From contig CATNEN010000010.1 of NCBI GenBank assembly GCA_950097015.1, forward strand, positions 1,302,001 through 1,366,000: DNA of 64,000 bases, written 5' to 3'. This document shows, one piece after another, positions 1 through 13,700 of this stretch. The DNA comes from Macrostomum hystrix (taxonomy: Eukaryota > Animalia > Platyhelminthes). The first letter of the stretch is position 1. Every line of letters starts with the position of its first letter. A program made the position numbers and the translations under genes. The notes under the pieces are model-generated. The model was not told the DNA's origin, ran no database searches, and saw only the letters and a list, made by a program, of their open reading frames with translations.

Positions 1-1673
1 AATAGTACGGACTGAGGCCGGTGGGGTCCGGTGCACGTATGACGGCTGTGAGTTGAATTTAATGCAAGTTCACGAACAATATTGTGCAGACAATATATGC
101 GACTAAACGAGGCGCTGCAAGTAGTAAGACTGCAATAATGCCATTGTATAATGTACATTTTTGGACTAACAAACTTTTTGCGACTACAACTCAATACTAA
201 GGTTCTAATCTCTAGTTCGGTGGAATGCAGTACTTCTCGATTTCATGCAGACTTTAAACATTTGGTGGCGTTTCGCAGAGCAAAGTCTCATCATTCAACC
301 CATCCATCAATTCTAGCCTCATAAAGAGCAACACCAATGACCCAGCAAAGGCAAGCCCACAACTATGCTGCGCCTTGCGACATTGCAGTTCTCACGATGA
401 AAGTTTAGGAAATAAAAAGCAGTTATAAAATGAACTTCTGCTTAGACTAGCGCTGGACAAAGCCAGTTCTCAGCTCGCAAATTGGCAATCTTTCACTTCG
501 ATACTCTGCAATGAATGGACGGCACACAATGGCGCGGTCACACGAACGCACGAGATGGCCGCACAAGCAGTCACTCGGGAACACAATGGTGTGAAGTGCG
601 GCTGGAGCCGAGGGCTCTCAAACCGGTGGTTGCGGGCTCGCGGTTTACTTACGATGCGACGATGGCCGCTTTGGGAGTTGAAGAACTACACAGCGTGAGG
701 AAAATTGTGACGAGGGAGATTTTAATTGGTGTGAGAAAATTGGCTCGTGATTCTGTACTGCTGTATTGGTGACTGCATTCCAGCAGCAGCTGCATAAAAC
801 TAGTCTAGTACGCGAAAAATGAGGGAAGGCGATTAAAATTGGGAATGATGGAAGGACGAATATTTTTAAAGCTATGCTTCGAGTTCCTTTGATGTAATAT
901 TTGGCATGTAGCTCAAACGACTTTAAATTAAGTTACATCTAGCCCTGCAGCTTTAGTCTTGATTTGTGAATTCAAGCCGGGAGTTGGTTTAGAAAATCCA
1001 GAATCGAAAAATTCACCGAAAGCTTTCGCGATTGCATTCGTCTTCTTCTTCACTAAAATGGGACTGAAAGTTAACAACTACCGGGTATCTCAAACGAGGA
1101 TCAACAAGGGTTCCTCTTTTGTTAATTCTTTGGCAAGGTGACCACCGAAACTCGAGCGGAACTAAGTGGCAGTATTGGGTGATACTTGTGCACTACCCTA
1201 TCTTGTGATGCTTGTTTCACAGACAGAATTCACTACTATACCTGGCTTGGGTGCGTTCGCTTGGATGTTTAGGAATAAGAAGTTATGAAAAAATGTTTTT
1301 AGGAAAAAAATGCTTTTAACAGGTCGAATTCCGATGTTGCTTGGGTAAATTACTCGTACATTGGGCATTCGAAGTTTTGATGGTTAGGAACGTAAAGCAA
1401 AATGATAATACATTTACGAGCGTACCCTTGATTCCTTCAATTAGCAATTAAATAAAGAATTTCCGGGATCATGAAGCAACTAACAAATATAATCAGCCTT
1501 TGGTCTGAAGACACCTCTATTGAAATAAACAAAATTCGAAGCACTGACAAGACGTTCATGAAATATACATAAGGCTAGTGCGAGAACGCGACAAGACAAT
1601 GCAGCGGTACTGAAAGAAAGCGAATAAGTAATTTACAGCAGGAGCTAAGTACTTAATATTTTTATCCACTTAC

Positions 1674-1780
1674 TTAATGACGAATGCGAACAGAGCGCAG
1701 AGAACCACTGTGGCATCAAGGATGTTCCAGAGATCGCGGCAGTACGCACCAGGGTGCAGGATGATGCCAACGTCGATAAT
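1674..1780 (-). CDS. Cav2: Cav2 exon IIIS3 ([34 protein letters not shown])
   Basis: 107 nt, tag| and |GTAAGT. Confidence 0.94.
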
Positions 1781-4700
1781 CTATCGGGCGCCAGGGCATC
1801 ATAATTATCAGGTGATCGGTTCACAAAAACGTTAAAATAATATTACTGTTACGAACCTTGAGAATCATTTCAATAGTAAAGACCAGCGTGAAGGCGTAGT
1901 CAAAGTAGCCCAGGTAGATGTTTTTGAGGGTGACATTCTTGATATCGACCGGGTCCTCGGCTGCCAGTGCTATGCTGCTGGCGCAGATGATTATCATGAT
2001 GAACAGGTCGAAGTAACGCAGGTTTACCACGAAGTGACAGAATCGGCGAATTCTGTAATTTTAATGGCAGCAAACAATGCGAATCGGTACAAAATGTCAC
2101 CGAAGCTACTAAGCCCTGTAGTAGTATTAGGCGCGCATCTCACGGGTTGGTTGGCCCCAAGAAGAACATGGAGCTGTAGGGCAGGATGGGTTTGCCGACG
2201 CCGATCAGCATGTCGCCGCCCTCCTCCTGTTGACCAGACTCTTCGGACTCTGCAATCAAAGTTGGGATGGACAGGGACTCGTGAGCCTTAATGTGAGCCG
2301 AATGCTAAAAATTATCCGATCAAGCGATAAGTAGCCCAGCCGATAAGAGCCAGGGCGGAGCGCTTACTCTGTTTCATGATGCGACGCTCCTCCGCCAGAC
2401 CATTCAGCCGCCTGGGCTCCGGCGTCAGCTTGTCCACCTCGCCTGGTTCCTTGCAGCTGGTTGGGTTTTAGTTGGGATGGTGGACTTCGTATGAGCTCTG
2501 CTACTACTACCACTTCTGCCCGTAGCACTACCACTCGCACGCCAAAAAGAACTGTGTGCTCACTAATCGAATCGCTGCTGCTCGAGGGCGCCAACCTGCC
2601 CGGGTGTCGGTGGCACCACATTCAGCATTGGAGCGGCTGCTGTTGAGGCTCCTGGTTCGGATTCGTCCGGCTTGGCCTCGCCGGCTTCAGCCTCGGTGCG
2701 CAGCATTTCTTCGCGCTGGGTCAAAAAAGCATTTTCATTTTAGCATGGATTTGCCTGGCTCTAGGGCGGCCAAAATGCAGTGTTACCAGGAGAATTAAGG
2801 AGAGAGCTGCTAACCTCTTTTTCTTCATTCTCTCTCTGCTCGTCCAGGGCCGTGAGCTCCTGCGCATTCGCCAGGTTGTCCACAGCGATGGCCAGAAACA
2901 CGTTCAACAGCGTGTCTGGCGTTTGTTTCGAGTTACCCACAGGCGGTTAAGGAAAATGAAATAGACAAAAATGCATAATGAAAAGCAAGGCCATACGGCT
3001 GCTGCTGCTGATTAATTATCAAAGCGGCAAAGAACAAATATGCTTTCGCAGAGGCAGTTTAGAAGAACTGGTTAAATTCGATATATGAATCATTTGCACT
3101 TTGCACACAAACTGTTCTCTGTACAGTTCCACTGCTCCACACCTTTCTTTCTGCACCTGCTTTTTCTGCTCTCCTGCCTTCCGGGTGCCAATAACAACTT
3201 TTCAGCCTATCCGCTCAGCTTTAGTCTCTGGCTTGATTGATGAGTTTCTGCTGCTGCAACTGCTGCATTAACCAATGTAGCGTAGCCAACAACGCCCGTT
3301 ACTCTTTTCTAATCCGTCCCCGACTCATTTCCTCGGCTCTCCACCTAGACTTCCACCCCGGGTTGAATAATATAAATAGTTCCATTTGACACTTGCTGTT
3401 GGACACAGCAATGGCAGAGTAGGGGCCAATCTAAACTTCTTCCGAGTTTCAAGGCCTCAGTTATTGAAAATCTTGAAGTTGCCAATGTCATTGTGTTACT
3501 ATTTTTAACATAAATGGTAAAATAGTATGGTGAATAAATGCTGTGATAAAATATGAAATAGGCACTGGTAGCAGATGCACTGACAAGCGTAATGCAGTAG
3601 TGAAAGGCAAGCCGTCTTAAAGTTAGGTGCTAGTTCGTACCTAATAATAAAATCTCAAGTTATTTTTTCTTATCTCTAGTCCTTTCGACTAATTAGAACT
3701 ATGAATAATTTTATAATTTGGTTAGCCTGCGTAAGTCATCAAAGAGATTAAGTATAAGCATGCAGATAAGCAGAATGGTTGTGTAAGCATAGTTTCCAAA
3801 CTCAATCGGTGCATCGGATCCTAACAAGATGTCTCAGTGCTTCTGCTTGTGAGTGAATAGGAAAGTAGAAATGAAAATAAACCGAGTAAGTTTATCTGAG
3901 AAATAAAGAAAACCTTCAACTCAAGAAGAACGTAAACTTCAGCCGTTAGGAGCCAACAAAAAGCTAGAGAGAATAAATTTCAGAGATAGCAAGCTGGAGA
4001 AATCGCTAAATTGTTCGTCAGCCACCGAGAGAGTAAAATGCAAGTGAAAGAGCAGTAAATGTCCAAATAAGATAATAAAATAAACGATAATAGATAGATA
4101 AACGGCGGCGTGAACTCGAGGATACAGTTTCCGAACAGCACTAGGAGAATGAAGTAGGTGGCATAGGCCATGCCCTGGCCTACACCGCCTTGCGATCTGA
4201 TACCATAGTACATGATGAGGTTCCAGTCCTCGCCGGTCAGGATCTGCGAGCGCGTTATGTTTAGTTGCGGAAAATTTTTACAATAAACTACTCGTACGCT
4301 CAATGCTTGATCAGGAATTTATCGATTCGGCCGAGTCCTAGCTGATAGGCTGGCTTTAATTCTAGAATTTGTCTATAGACCAGCTGGAAATGGGTGATAC
4401 AATGAGCTGCTCACTAGAGAATTTCAGCTCAAAATACCCCAGGGATAACAATGTACTCGTACTGTAGGATTAATGGTACTGCAAGTCTTCTCTTGGACAC
4501 GTCAATTTCCCCTCCTCGACTAGAAAAATGTGCTTCTTTAACTGTGCGGTAATCAGAATTGACAGTAATTCACTGAATGGCAGAGGGTGGTTAGCTGCAC
4601 ACAGACCGCACAGGCTTCTCTGCAAGAATTCTCAGACGTAGTGGCGTACAAGTACACTGTGCTCATATGGCATGCTCGTGATAGCAGCGAGTGCACCGAG

Positions 4701-7700
4701 TTCGGAGCCTCAGCTGAGCATGCGGGACACATCTTATCAGGAATCGGCGTGGGTATACGGCTGTTAGCCTTAGTTGCTAAGCGGCAATCTGCATAAATTA
4801 GCCGTACAGGGGGTCGCGCACTTGCACAAGCGCGGTCTAGAATCAGAAACGAAGAATGCATTCACAGGCGCATAGTTATAATTCCTTAGGCTGGGAAGTT
4901 TCTGTAAAAGAGGGTTATGATGAGATCAGCGGGTTGGATCCCCTGTTTAGCCCACCCCTGCGGCAGGCAAAGGATACAATTGCCGAACAGCAGCAGCACC
5001 ACAAAGTAGGCCGCCGCCCACATGCCAGAGGAGCTGCCAGTCCGCTGCGAGCGAATGCCAGCGTACATCACGCTGTTCCAGTCCTCGCTTGTCAGCACCT
5101 GCTCAGACGATGGAAACGCAGAGTGGTCTGGTCTGGTTTAGAGTGGTCTGGTCTGGTTTAGAGTGGTCTGGTCTGGTTTAGAGTGGTCTGGTCTGGTTTA
5201 GAGTGGTCTGGTCTGGTTTAGAGTGGTCTGGTCTGGTTTTGTGTTTTCTGGTCTGGTCTGGTCTGGTCTGGTCTGGTCTGGTCTGGTCTGGTCTGGTCTG
5301 GTCTGGTCTGGTCTGGTCTGGTCTGGTCTGGTCTGGTCTGGTCTGGTCTGGTCTGGTCTGGTCTGGTCTGGTCTGGTCTGGTCTGGTCTAGTCTGGTCTG
5401 GTCTGGTCTGGTCTGGTCTGGTCTGGTCTGGTCTGGTCTGGTCTGTTCTGGTCTGGTCTGGTCTGGTCTGGTCTGGTCTGGTCTGGTCTGGTCTGGTCTG
5501 GTCTGGTCTGGTCTGGTCTGGTCTGGTCTGGTCTGGTCTGGTCTGGTCTGGTCTGGTCTGGTCTGGTCTGGTCTGGTCTGGTCTGGTCTGGTCTGGTCTG
5601 GTCTGGTCTGGTCTGGTCTGGTCTGGTCTGGTCTGGTCTGGTCTGGTCTGGTCTGGTCTGGTCTGGTCTGGTCTGGTCTGGTCTGGTCTGGTCTGGTCTG
5701 GTCTGTTCTGTTCTGGTCTGGTCTGGTCTGGTCTGGTCTGTTCTGTTCTGGTCTGGTCTGGTCTGGTCTGGTCTGGTCTGGTCTGGTCTGGTCTGGTCTG
5801 GTCTGGTCTGGTCTGGTCTGGTCTGGTCTGGTCTGGTCTGGTCTGGTCTGGTCTGGTCTGGTCTGGTCTGGTCTGGTCTGGTCTGGTCTGGTCTGGTCTG
5901 GTATGGTCTGGTCTGGTCTGGTCTGGTATGGTCTGGTCTGGTCTGGTCTGCTCTGCTCTGCCTGATCTGGACATTGAACAAAGTTCATTGTGGCAGGCTT
6001 TGATTAAAGGCTTACGTCTCATAACTAACTGCGTGATTTCGTGCTTTACTTCTGTCAAATTCGATTGCTTACTAATAGAGTGCATGCAATGAGCTCTCCG
6101 GTTGCTGCTCTCAGTTTATAGACATCAAATACCACTCTCAAGTGGTTTGATTGTTTTCTCTCGCCGGCCTCAGAAAACCCGATGAGCATGCGATGAGAAT
6201 GGATTATTATGCTTTAATTATTGATAAGCTCCACGAAATTGGCTCACCTGAAACACCGTTAGCAGGCCTTTGACGAACGTGTCGAAATTCTGAGCCGGTC
6301 GGCCTTCCGGAAAGTTGAACCTGCGGGGACGCCAGAAGCTTGGTGTGTTTGGAAGATTTTAGCGATCGATGGCGGCGCTGGCCACACTTATGTCCGTTTG
6401 AAAGCCTCATATTTTATTCACACTGTTTGAGCACACGAAAATCCATCGCCTTTTCGAAGCTTCGAACCCAATTCAAGGCCTTGTAACGAAAATTCATGTG
6501 ATTCCTAACTTATGTCGCCTGATTTCACTAAATTTATTGAATTCAGATGCGATTCGGATCTAGGAAAAGTTGATTTGAGAATGCTATGATAATAATATCA
6601 TTATTTGCAGTATGTACGAGCGTAGTTTGCACTGGCACATCATTTGGTGACAGTAAGACCCGCAACCAGCGAGAGGCTATTCTGTCTATTCCGCTGTATC
6701 TTGAATACACACGCACACATTACCTGTGATGGCACGCACTCACACATCTGCCCTGACTTTCTCATTGTGTCAGGCAGTAGTGCCAAGGGGTTTTGCCCTC
6801 AAGGGCCAAATTGAGGGATTGTAGGATAAGCCCTCAAGCCTGTGCCAAAATTATGTAGCGTATTCGGTACTGGAAACAAACTCGTTAATCGCTTTGCCAC
6901 TCACACCCTTCAGTCTGGGAGAGGCAGAAAAAAATTACAGTGAAAGGTACTCACTCTCCACCAAAGAGCTGCATGCCTAGCAGGGCAAATATCAATATGA
7001 ACAAGAACAGCAGGAACAGCAGCGAGATGATGGAGCGCATTGAGTTGAGCAGGGAGATCACCAGATTGCGCAACGATGACCAATACCTGGAAGTTATTTT
7101 TCGTAGTCTAAATTAGCGCCTGTCATTTGCGAGCTATTGATTGCCAATTTGCCATCGCGCTGTCAATTTAGAGGAGGGTTGCTAGGGCGTCACTGATCTC
7201 GCGATGCAGGGTGGGACGCTTCAAAATAAAATCTTTGCGGTTTCCGGGTGACTTCACGCCAAACTCTTAGGTGAGCAGCGACTACAGACAGTCCTCGATG
7301 CTGCGCTATAGGAACTGGTCAGCATGCACTTATTCATAGAGAGCAGTCAGTAACCACGCAAGCATGCTAGGCTGGCTGATTCAAATAACTCAAATATTAC
7401 TCATACTGCATGCAACAGAATGAGCTGGTCCGAAATATTAGGCTCACTATTTCTTTCACTTTCTTGTTAACAAGGCAATAAAAAATGCATTAAAATTGTC
7501 CTGTCCATCTTGCTGAGTTTTGCTAAAATCACTAGACAGAGAAGTGCACTGTTCAATGCATTTTAACCTAACCCAAGGACTACTAAAGTAGAAGGACGCG
7601 ATTAAGTGGAAAAATTTGTGCCGTTGAAGGTCGATTTTCAAGAAATTTTCCTTTGATTGAATTCCAATAAGGAGACAGTGTCAGCTTTATAAAAAACTGC

Positions 7701-10700
7701 TTCAAAAATGGCGGTAGCGATTCCTCAGTAGATTTTTATAAAAACAGGCCTTGAAGATATTTTCCAAGAATCGAGAGTATTGTTTCCGACCGCTTCAGTA
7801 GTCCATGGCTTAACCCAGCGAGGCCAGGCTGGGTGATACTATCGATATGTACTAATCTAGTCATGTCGTCCAAGCTCAATGTGCGGTTAAACGTCAGTAG
7901 CATTTGCTTAGGCAGCAGTTGATGCTATTTAATCCTGAGTCCTTTTCAGATCCTCTGTAGAAAGCATTTTAGCTCAGAAAAACCGGAGCAGTTTCACGCA
8001 TTCGGCAGCACCGCAGCTGCACCAGTGGGGGCGAGGAGGTGGGGCATGGACCCTCTGGAGCTCGTAAATTCTGGGATGCTAAAGTGGAAAAACGGAACAC
8101 TGGCGAGAGAATTGAGGCTAACACTCTGGCGATCGGCTACATTCCAGCTGCATACCTCGAACAAATTTGACAGGGCAAGAAAAATTTTTCTGCATCTCCA
8201 GAACCACTTCCACCGGATCATTGAATACATCAGCGCAGCTCTTCGCTCTGATCCTCTCAACCCAGTCACGTCAGTCAATTTCTGAAGTTTGTACGCATTT
8301 TGGTCGGTCTGTTCCGAACAATTTAAAAACTGCTAAGCTAAGATACTATGAAAATGAATGTAGAGATAACCAGATGGCTTGTATCAGAGAATCCAGATAA
8401 GTACTCGTAGATTTGGTCGTCAATGCTGCTGCTATCACTGTAATGATACGATGCATCATTCTATGGATAGAGGGACACATAAAACGCTAATGAGCATGAG
8501 CTAACTGAAGTTCATTCAGCTTATCCATACATGCTCATCAGCAAGACCACTCGACTTAACAAAATGGCATAAAAAAACAACAGAAAGATGAAACGATGAA
8601 ATTAGTGAAATAAAGATGGTGCATGAAGCACGGGTCATGTGACACAGTCAAGCAACAGTGAGAAGAAATGAGGAAAGAAATGCCCCACCCTACAAGCAGC
8701 GTTCTGCCAAGCTACTGTCGAGCCGTGATAACCCATTGACTAAATTTAGCACTGGTAATAAAATACGGTACATTGTCCAACCATCACCGAATAAATATAA
8801 GTTTACAGACCTTGCAAAGTCTACAACGTAATTGCGAGCTTAAAATAAGGATAGAAAAAAATTAGGAAAGGAAACTAAATGTTCACAACACCGAGGTGAG
8901 TTGGTATCGACTCCAGCATGCGTAAAATGAGAAGCGCATTGGGAAACATCACAGGTGGTTTAGGCACCGGCAGTGGGTGCGACCCCTTGTAGGGTCTTCG
9001 GCGGCAAAGTACCTGGTGACCTTGAATATTCTGAGCAATCGAATACTGCGCAGGGCACTGAAGCCAAACGACTGGCCGCTGTTCTGCCAGAACACCTCAA
9101 ACAGGCTGGCCACAATTACCTGAGGCGAGCGTATGATGACGTGCGGGTGGATGCGGCGGAGAGGGTGGGGCGAGACGGCGGTGCAGAGGAGGTTGGAGGA
9201 GACTGCGCGCGGAATCGAATAATTCTCCAAGACTCGAAATTAGAGTTAATTTGCTTAAATAAGACTTTGTGTCTTCCGGAGACTGCACACGATTGAATAC
9301 TGACAGGCATATACGATTTTTCGCTATTATAGTTATTGGTCAGTACCCTGAACATGGAAAATATTATAAATAATCATTTCGTGCAGATTAAAATAATAAT
9401 TGTTGAAATATACAATCTCCGAGCACAAATTTTACATTAGCACGGAAAGACTCATGAGAAAGATTAATTGCGTAGAAAAGTACACGCGTTTACTGGTGGG
9501 AGTACAAACAGTTCACAAAAGCCGCTAAGACACTTTTAGGTTAAGAGAAAAATAAAAACTCGCGCAATGCCGTGTTGGCACTGACGCTGATAGAAGTTCT
9601 AAGCAAATGCCTGCCATGCGGTGGGTCAGAACTAGTGGATCTGCTGCTGGTCCCTACCAGACTAGCTAAGGGAACTATAGGAGGCTCTATAGTACTAGAC
9701 GCCCAGCGCTTGTATCGGCACAGATTAGCGCAACCGACTGAAGGTGAGCCGATCCCAGAAATGTCAGCAAGATCTGACGATACTGATGATAAGCAGTGCT
9801 GTGACCAAGGATTCGATAAAGTGGGAACAGAGTCTCTGGCATCGTGGATCCAGTGAATTAGAGGAGGCTGTGAGCAGAGGGCCCAACCCGCACCGACTTG
9901 CCTAGTGACTTTAAAAATTCGCAGCAGCCTGAGAGCGCGCAGCACGCTGATACCGAACGAAGACGTCGGGTGAAAGAATGTCCAGCCGATTTCAAGTGTG
10001 CTGCCACAAATCACCTGAAATGCGAAGGGTCAGTGGCGGACATGGGCGGCAGCGGCGGTGGCGGTGACGATGGCGACGTCGTTTAGCAGCGGCGGAGGTA
10101 GGAACAGTCCAGGGAGGCGCGCGTGAGATAAATATGACATGGCGGTTCGGGAAGCTAAGCAGTTTTCGTAGCCTGTCAGTACTATGTTCGGCGCAACTCC
10201 GGCAGTTTTAGGAAATATTTTTACGAGTTTTTGACATCATAGCACAGAGAGAATTTAAATCTTACAGGCATCAGATGACGACTCAACGCCTGTCTGCTAG
10301 ATGGCGATAAGTACAAATTGAACAAGCAACGCATTAAATGAAAAAACAGATATGGGCACTGAAGCAGGGTCCTATCTCCCCTTGTTGATGGGGCTTATCC
10401 GCCTGTCATGACCAGTCCAATGCCATTAGGCGCCGGTCCCTTGGCCGAAGGCATGCCACAGTCTCCGGGGACCTGGCGGGAAGTGGGGCGCTCGAGGCCG
10501 GAGGGGACGCGGATCGGAACCGGTCCGATTTTTATTTGCATTTTCAGTCCAGCCACACTCGATTGCCAATCGATTTCGAGAGGCGATCCCTGTAATAATC
10601 CGGGTCCCCGAGACGGCTCGCTTCGCTTGCTGGTGACAGGAAGCCGTTCTATGTTCCCCCGCAATTCATATACAAAACCCAACTTCCCATGTGCGGTTAA

Positions 10701-13700
10701 CAGGCGAAAGCAACTCACGGTGCAGTCAAAAATGTTGAACGACGACTGGAAGTAGAGGCGGAAGCCAAGGCCGTACATTTTGATGCACATCTCGAACATG
10801 AACAGACCGAGGAACACGAACTCGGCGTAGTCTGCGGACCGTTAGAGAAAGTACTTTCAAGGAAACATGCTTTTTTATAATAAGACTCAAAATAATTTCA
10901 GTCTTTTCTTTTTAACGTCGTACATCAAATATATTCGTCTTAAAAACAAAGCAATTGAAAAACTCACAAAGAAATGTGGTCAGCCACTGCGGCTGGTTGT
11001 TGAAGTCGATAGCCACGCAGACGGTGTTGAGGAACACCAGCACAATGACCACCCAGTAGAAGGCCTGGCTCTTCACCGTCCGCCGGATGGAGTAGCGGAG
11101 CCGCTTCTCCGTGCGCCAGAGGCAGGCGCAGCGAGATGGTTGCCTGGCTTTCTTCCGTGTGGAGCCGTTCTCGCCCATCGGTTCGCCTGCGCATGACGGG
11201 TGGAAGCCTCTTTAAAGCTCAGCGACGCAACGCACTCTTATGATTTGAGTAAGCAGCACATTAAGTGCGATCAGGTTCTTCAGGACGTTTTAAAAGCGAA
11301 ATTACTAGCTTCGAGTCTTTGGACTGTACTTATCGAAGAAATGTATCGCATTTTCGCCAACTTAAGCACGAATATATACCATTTCTACACGTCTGTGTCT
11401 ACGCATAATGTACGCTCGTACATTATAATGTCTCTTTCGATTTATGTCATTCGGTCTATCAAACGCTATAATCGAATAAACCCTGCAGAACATCACAGAA
11501 GCAAAAAACATAGCCTCAAATGGTTTTCTGTCCTGCATAAGTTGATTTTTAGATACCTGCGATACGAATATCAGATTTTTCTCGGAGCACCCGTAGCAGA
11601 CTCAGCTGGAGTTAATTGAGTGCGGATGTAATCAAATACAGGAGCAAAGGATACAGCTTGTGAGCACAAAGCATTGTAGCGGATTGAGACCTGGGCAATT
11701 ACTGCAGCAGATTGCATTGAAATCCGTGCACTGGCAGCGGTTCCTGGCAGGCCGTCTTTCAGTATTCCACGCTCTTTCGCATCGTCCAGCCTTCCGGAAG
11801 ACTTTGCTTTGTACGAGCTATCATGCATCGTGACGAAGGAGTGAATCTCCCGTTTTCTCTCATCCCCGCTCCTTCTCAGAACGAGGGTTAGAAATGAGAT
11901 TCATGAATTGGGAATTTCGCCGGCCGACAAGCGAGCGGTGCACTTTAGGCTAATCCCTGGCTAATCCCGCACACCCTCTACTTCCCCCGCAGAGCCGCCA
12001 GCGGAGCGGGCCACTCACGAATGTCGTAGAGAAAGTCGACGCCGTCCTCTCCTTGGCCGACGCGCGGCTCCGAGCCGCTTTTACTCTTCGAGCGCTTCTT
12101 CTTGATTCGGCGAGAGGCCGGGTGACCGCGGTCTGCGGACAGAAAGCGTTCGTAAATGTTTTCATTTTGCGCCTAAATTAAGAAACCACACTAAAAGAGG
12201 ATCTAAAAAAATTATTGGCCGTGAAGTGTCCGCAACTAAAAGTTTTCCTTTCTATTTTAAACATGATTTTGAGAAAGATAGCTTGAATGCACATGTCGTT
12301 CTGTTACGCATCCTTTTGAGTGAGTGTTCTCAGGGTTCTAGTAGATTATGCTTCTACTAGAACTTATGCTAGTGAATTATACCCCAATGTATTTTGAGAC
12401 GCGCCGAGAGCGTGAAAGTTCATTTTAAAACGTTTGCAGCGTGCCACTTACCCGCCAGAATTTTTATTTTGACATTGTCTGGCGCTGTTTCTTCGTTCAG
12501 CGTTGCCTCCTCGGCCTTGCAGATCCAGTCCAGGTAGCCGTTGAGCTCCTTCTCCACCTGTTGCTGGCGGCGCAGCTTCAAGAAGGCGCGCCGATTCTCA
12601 ACTCTTTCTCGTTCCTTGGCGAATTCGCTGCGGTTTGGTAACGGTGGGGCTGGCTGGTGAAAGGTGTGGCGCTAGATATCATTTATATAGCGGATATACG
12701 ACTCATAGGACCTGACGCAATCAAACCACCCAGCTTTGTGCAGTAACTTCATCTCTAACACCTGCCCTATCTAACCAAAGAACCAAATATTTTGTTTCTC
12801 ATAATATCTGACTCAAGAGGGCGAGTGGCGGAGCCGTAACACCGTCGACTCTTGGACCAAGGTGACAGAGTACAAATCCGTGACGAGGACCAAGGTGGAC
12901 CAAGGCATAGTGTATACACAAGGACCACTATTAATTAGGACTTTAGTAGTCCTTGTGTACATATTGACCAAAGATGAGATACTCACAGCAGATGTACACA
13001 CCCTGTGTGAGAACTTGCAAATGTACGTGCATGTCTGTGTGTGTACTCAGGGATAAGCCAAAATGGGCAGAATTTCCAGCAGGCTGTGTGCGGGTCATTG
13101 CTTAATGATGCGTCAGTACCCACCGCCCCCTGCGAATAACAATCATTGTAATCTAAGTCGTAAAATGTCGAACGGCTGTGTACCAAACAACATAATAAAG
13201 TGCCGCTTACCCGCTGAGAACACCCAGCACGAGGTTGAGCATGAAGAATGAGCCGAGGATAATTAGCGGAATGAAGTAGAGCAAATTGAACACCGTCTGA
13301 TTCACATCGTCAGTCTGAAAATTTTCGTGAAGATGTAAAAAATTTTTCGTCAGAAAATGGAGCCTTTGTCAGGTTAAATCGGGCTCATTACAGCACCGGC
13401 GGTGACAGCGTCACTCACGAAGTACATGATGTCTGTCCAGCCCTCCATGGTGATGCACTGGAAGACTGTCAGCATGGCGTAGAGGATGTTGTCAAAGCTG
13501 GTGATGCCGTAGTTTGGGCCCTCCCAGTAGGCGCGGCACTCGTAGCCAGACGGACACTCGACGCCTCCGGGCTTGCCATCAGCTGAGACCTCGCAGGGCA
13601 CGAGATTGTTGAAACCGGGAGTGGCATCGGGCAGCTCGTTGCTATCTGAGCATTCAAGTGAGAAATTCAGGTGAGAATCAGTAGTTCATATAATCAAGTA

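Noticed and set aside
1-1673. Next Cav2 exon (IIIS4)
   Set aside because: No LRVLRVLRPL-type sequence found on the minus strand; presumably beyond the window.
5198-6092. Long QTRPD and LVWSG ORFs
   Set aside because: Translations of a pentamer microsatellite, open in many frames, inside a Cav2 intron.
11571-11828. Extra Cav2 I-II linker cassette exon
   Set aside because: Open frame would need a phase-2 entry, whereas the flanking exons join in phase 1; no homology recognised.
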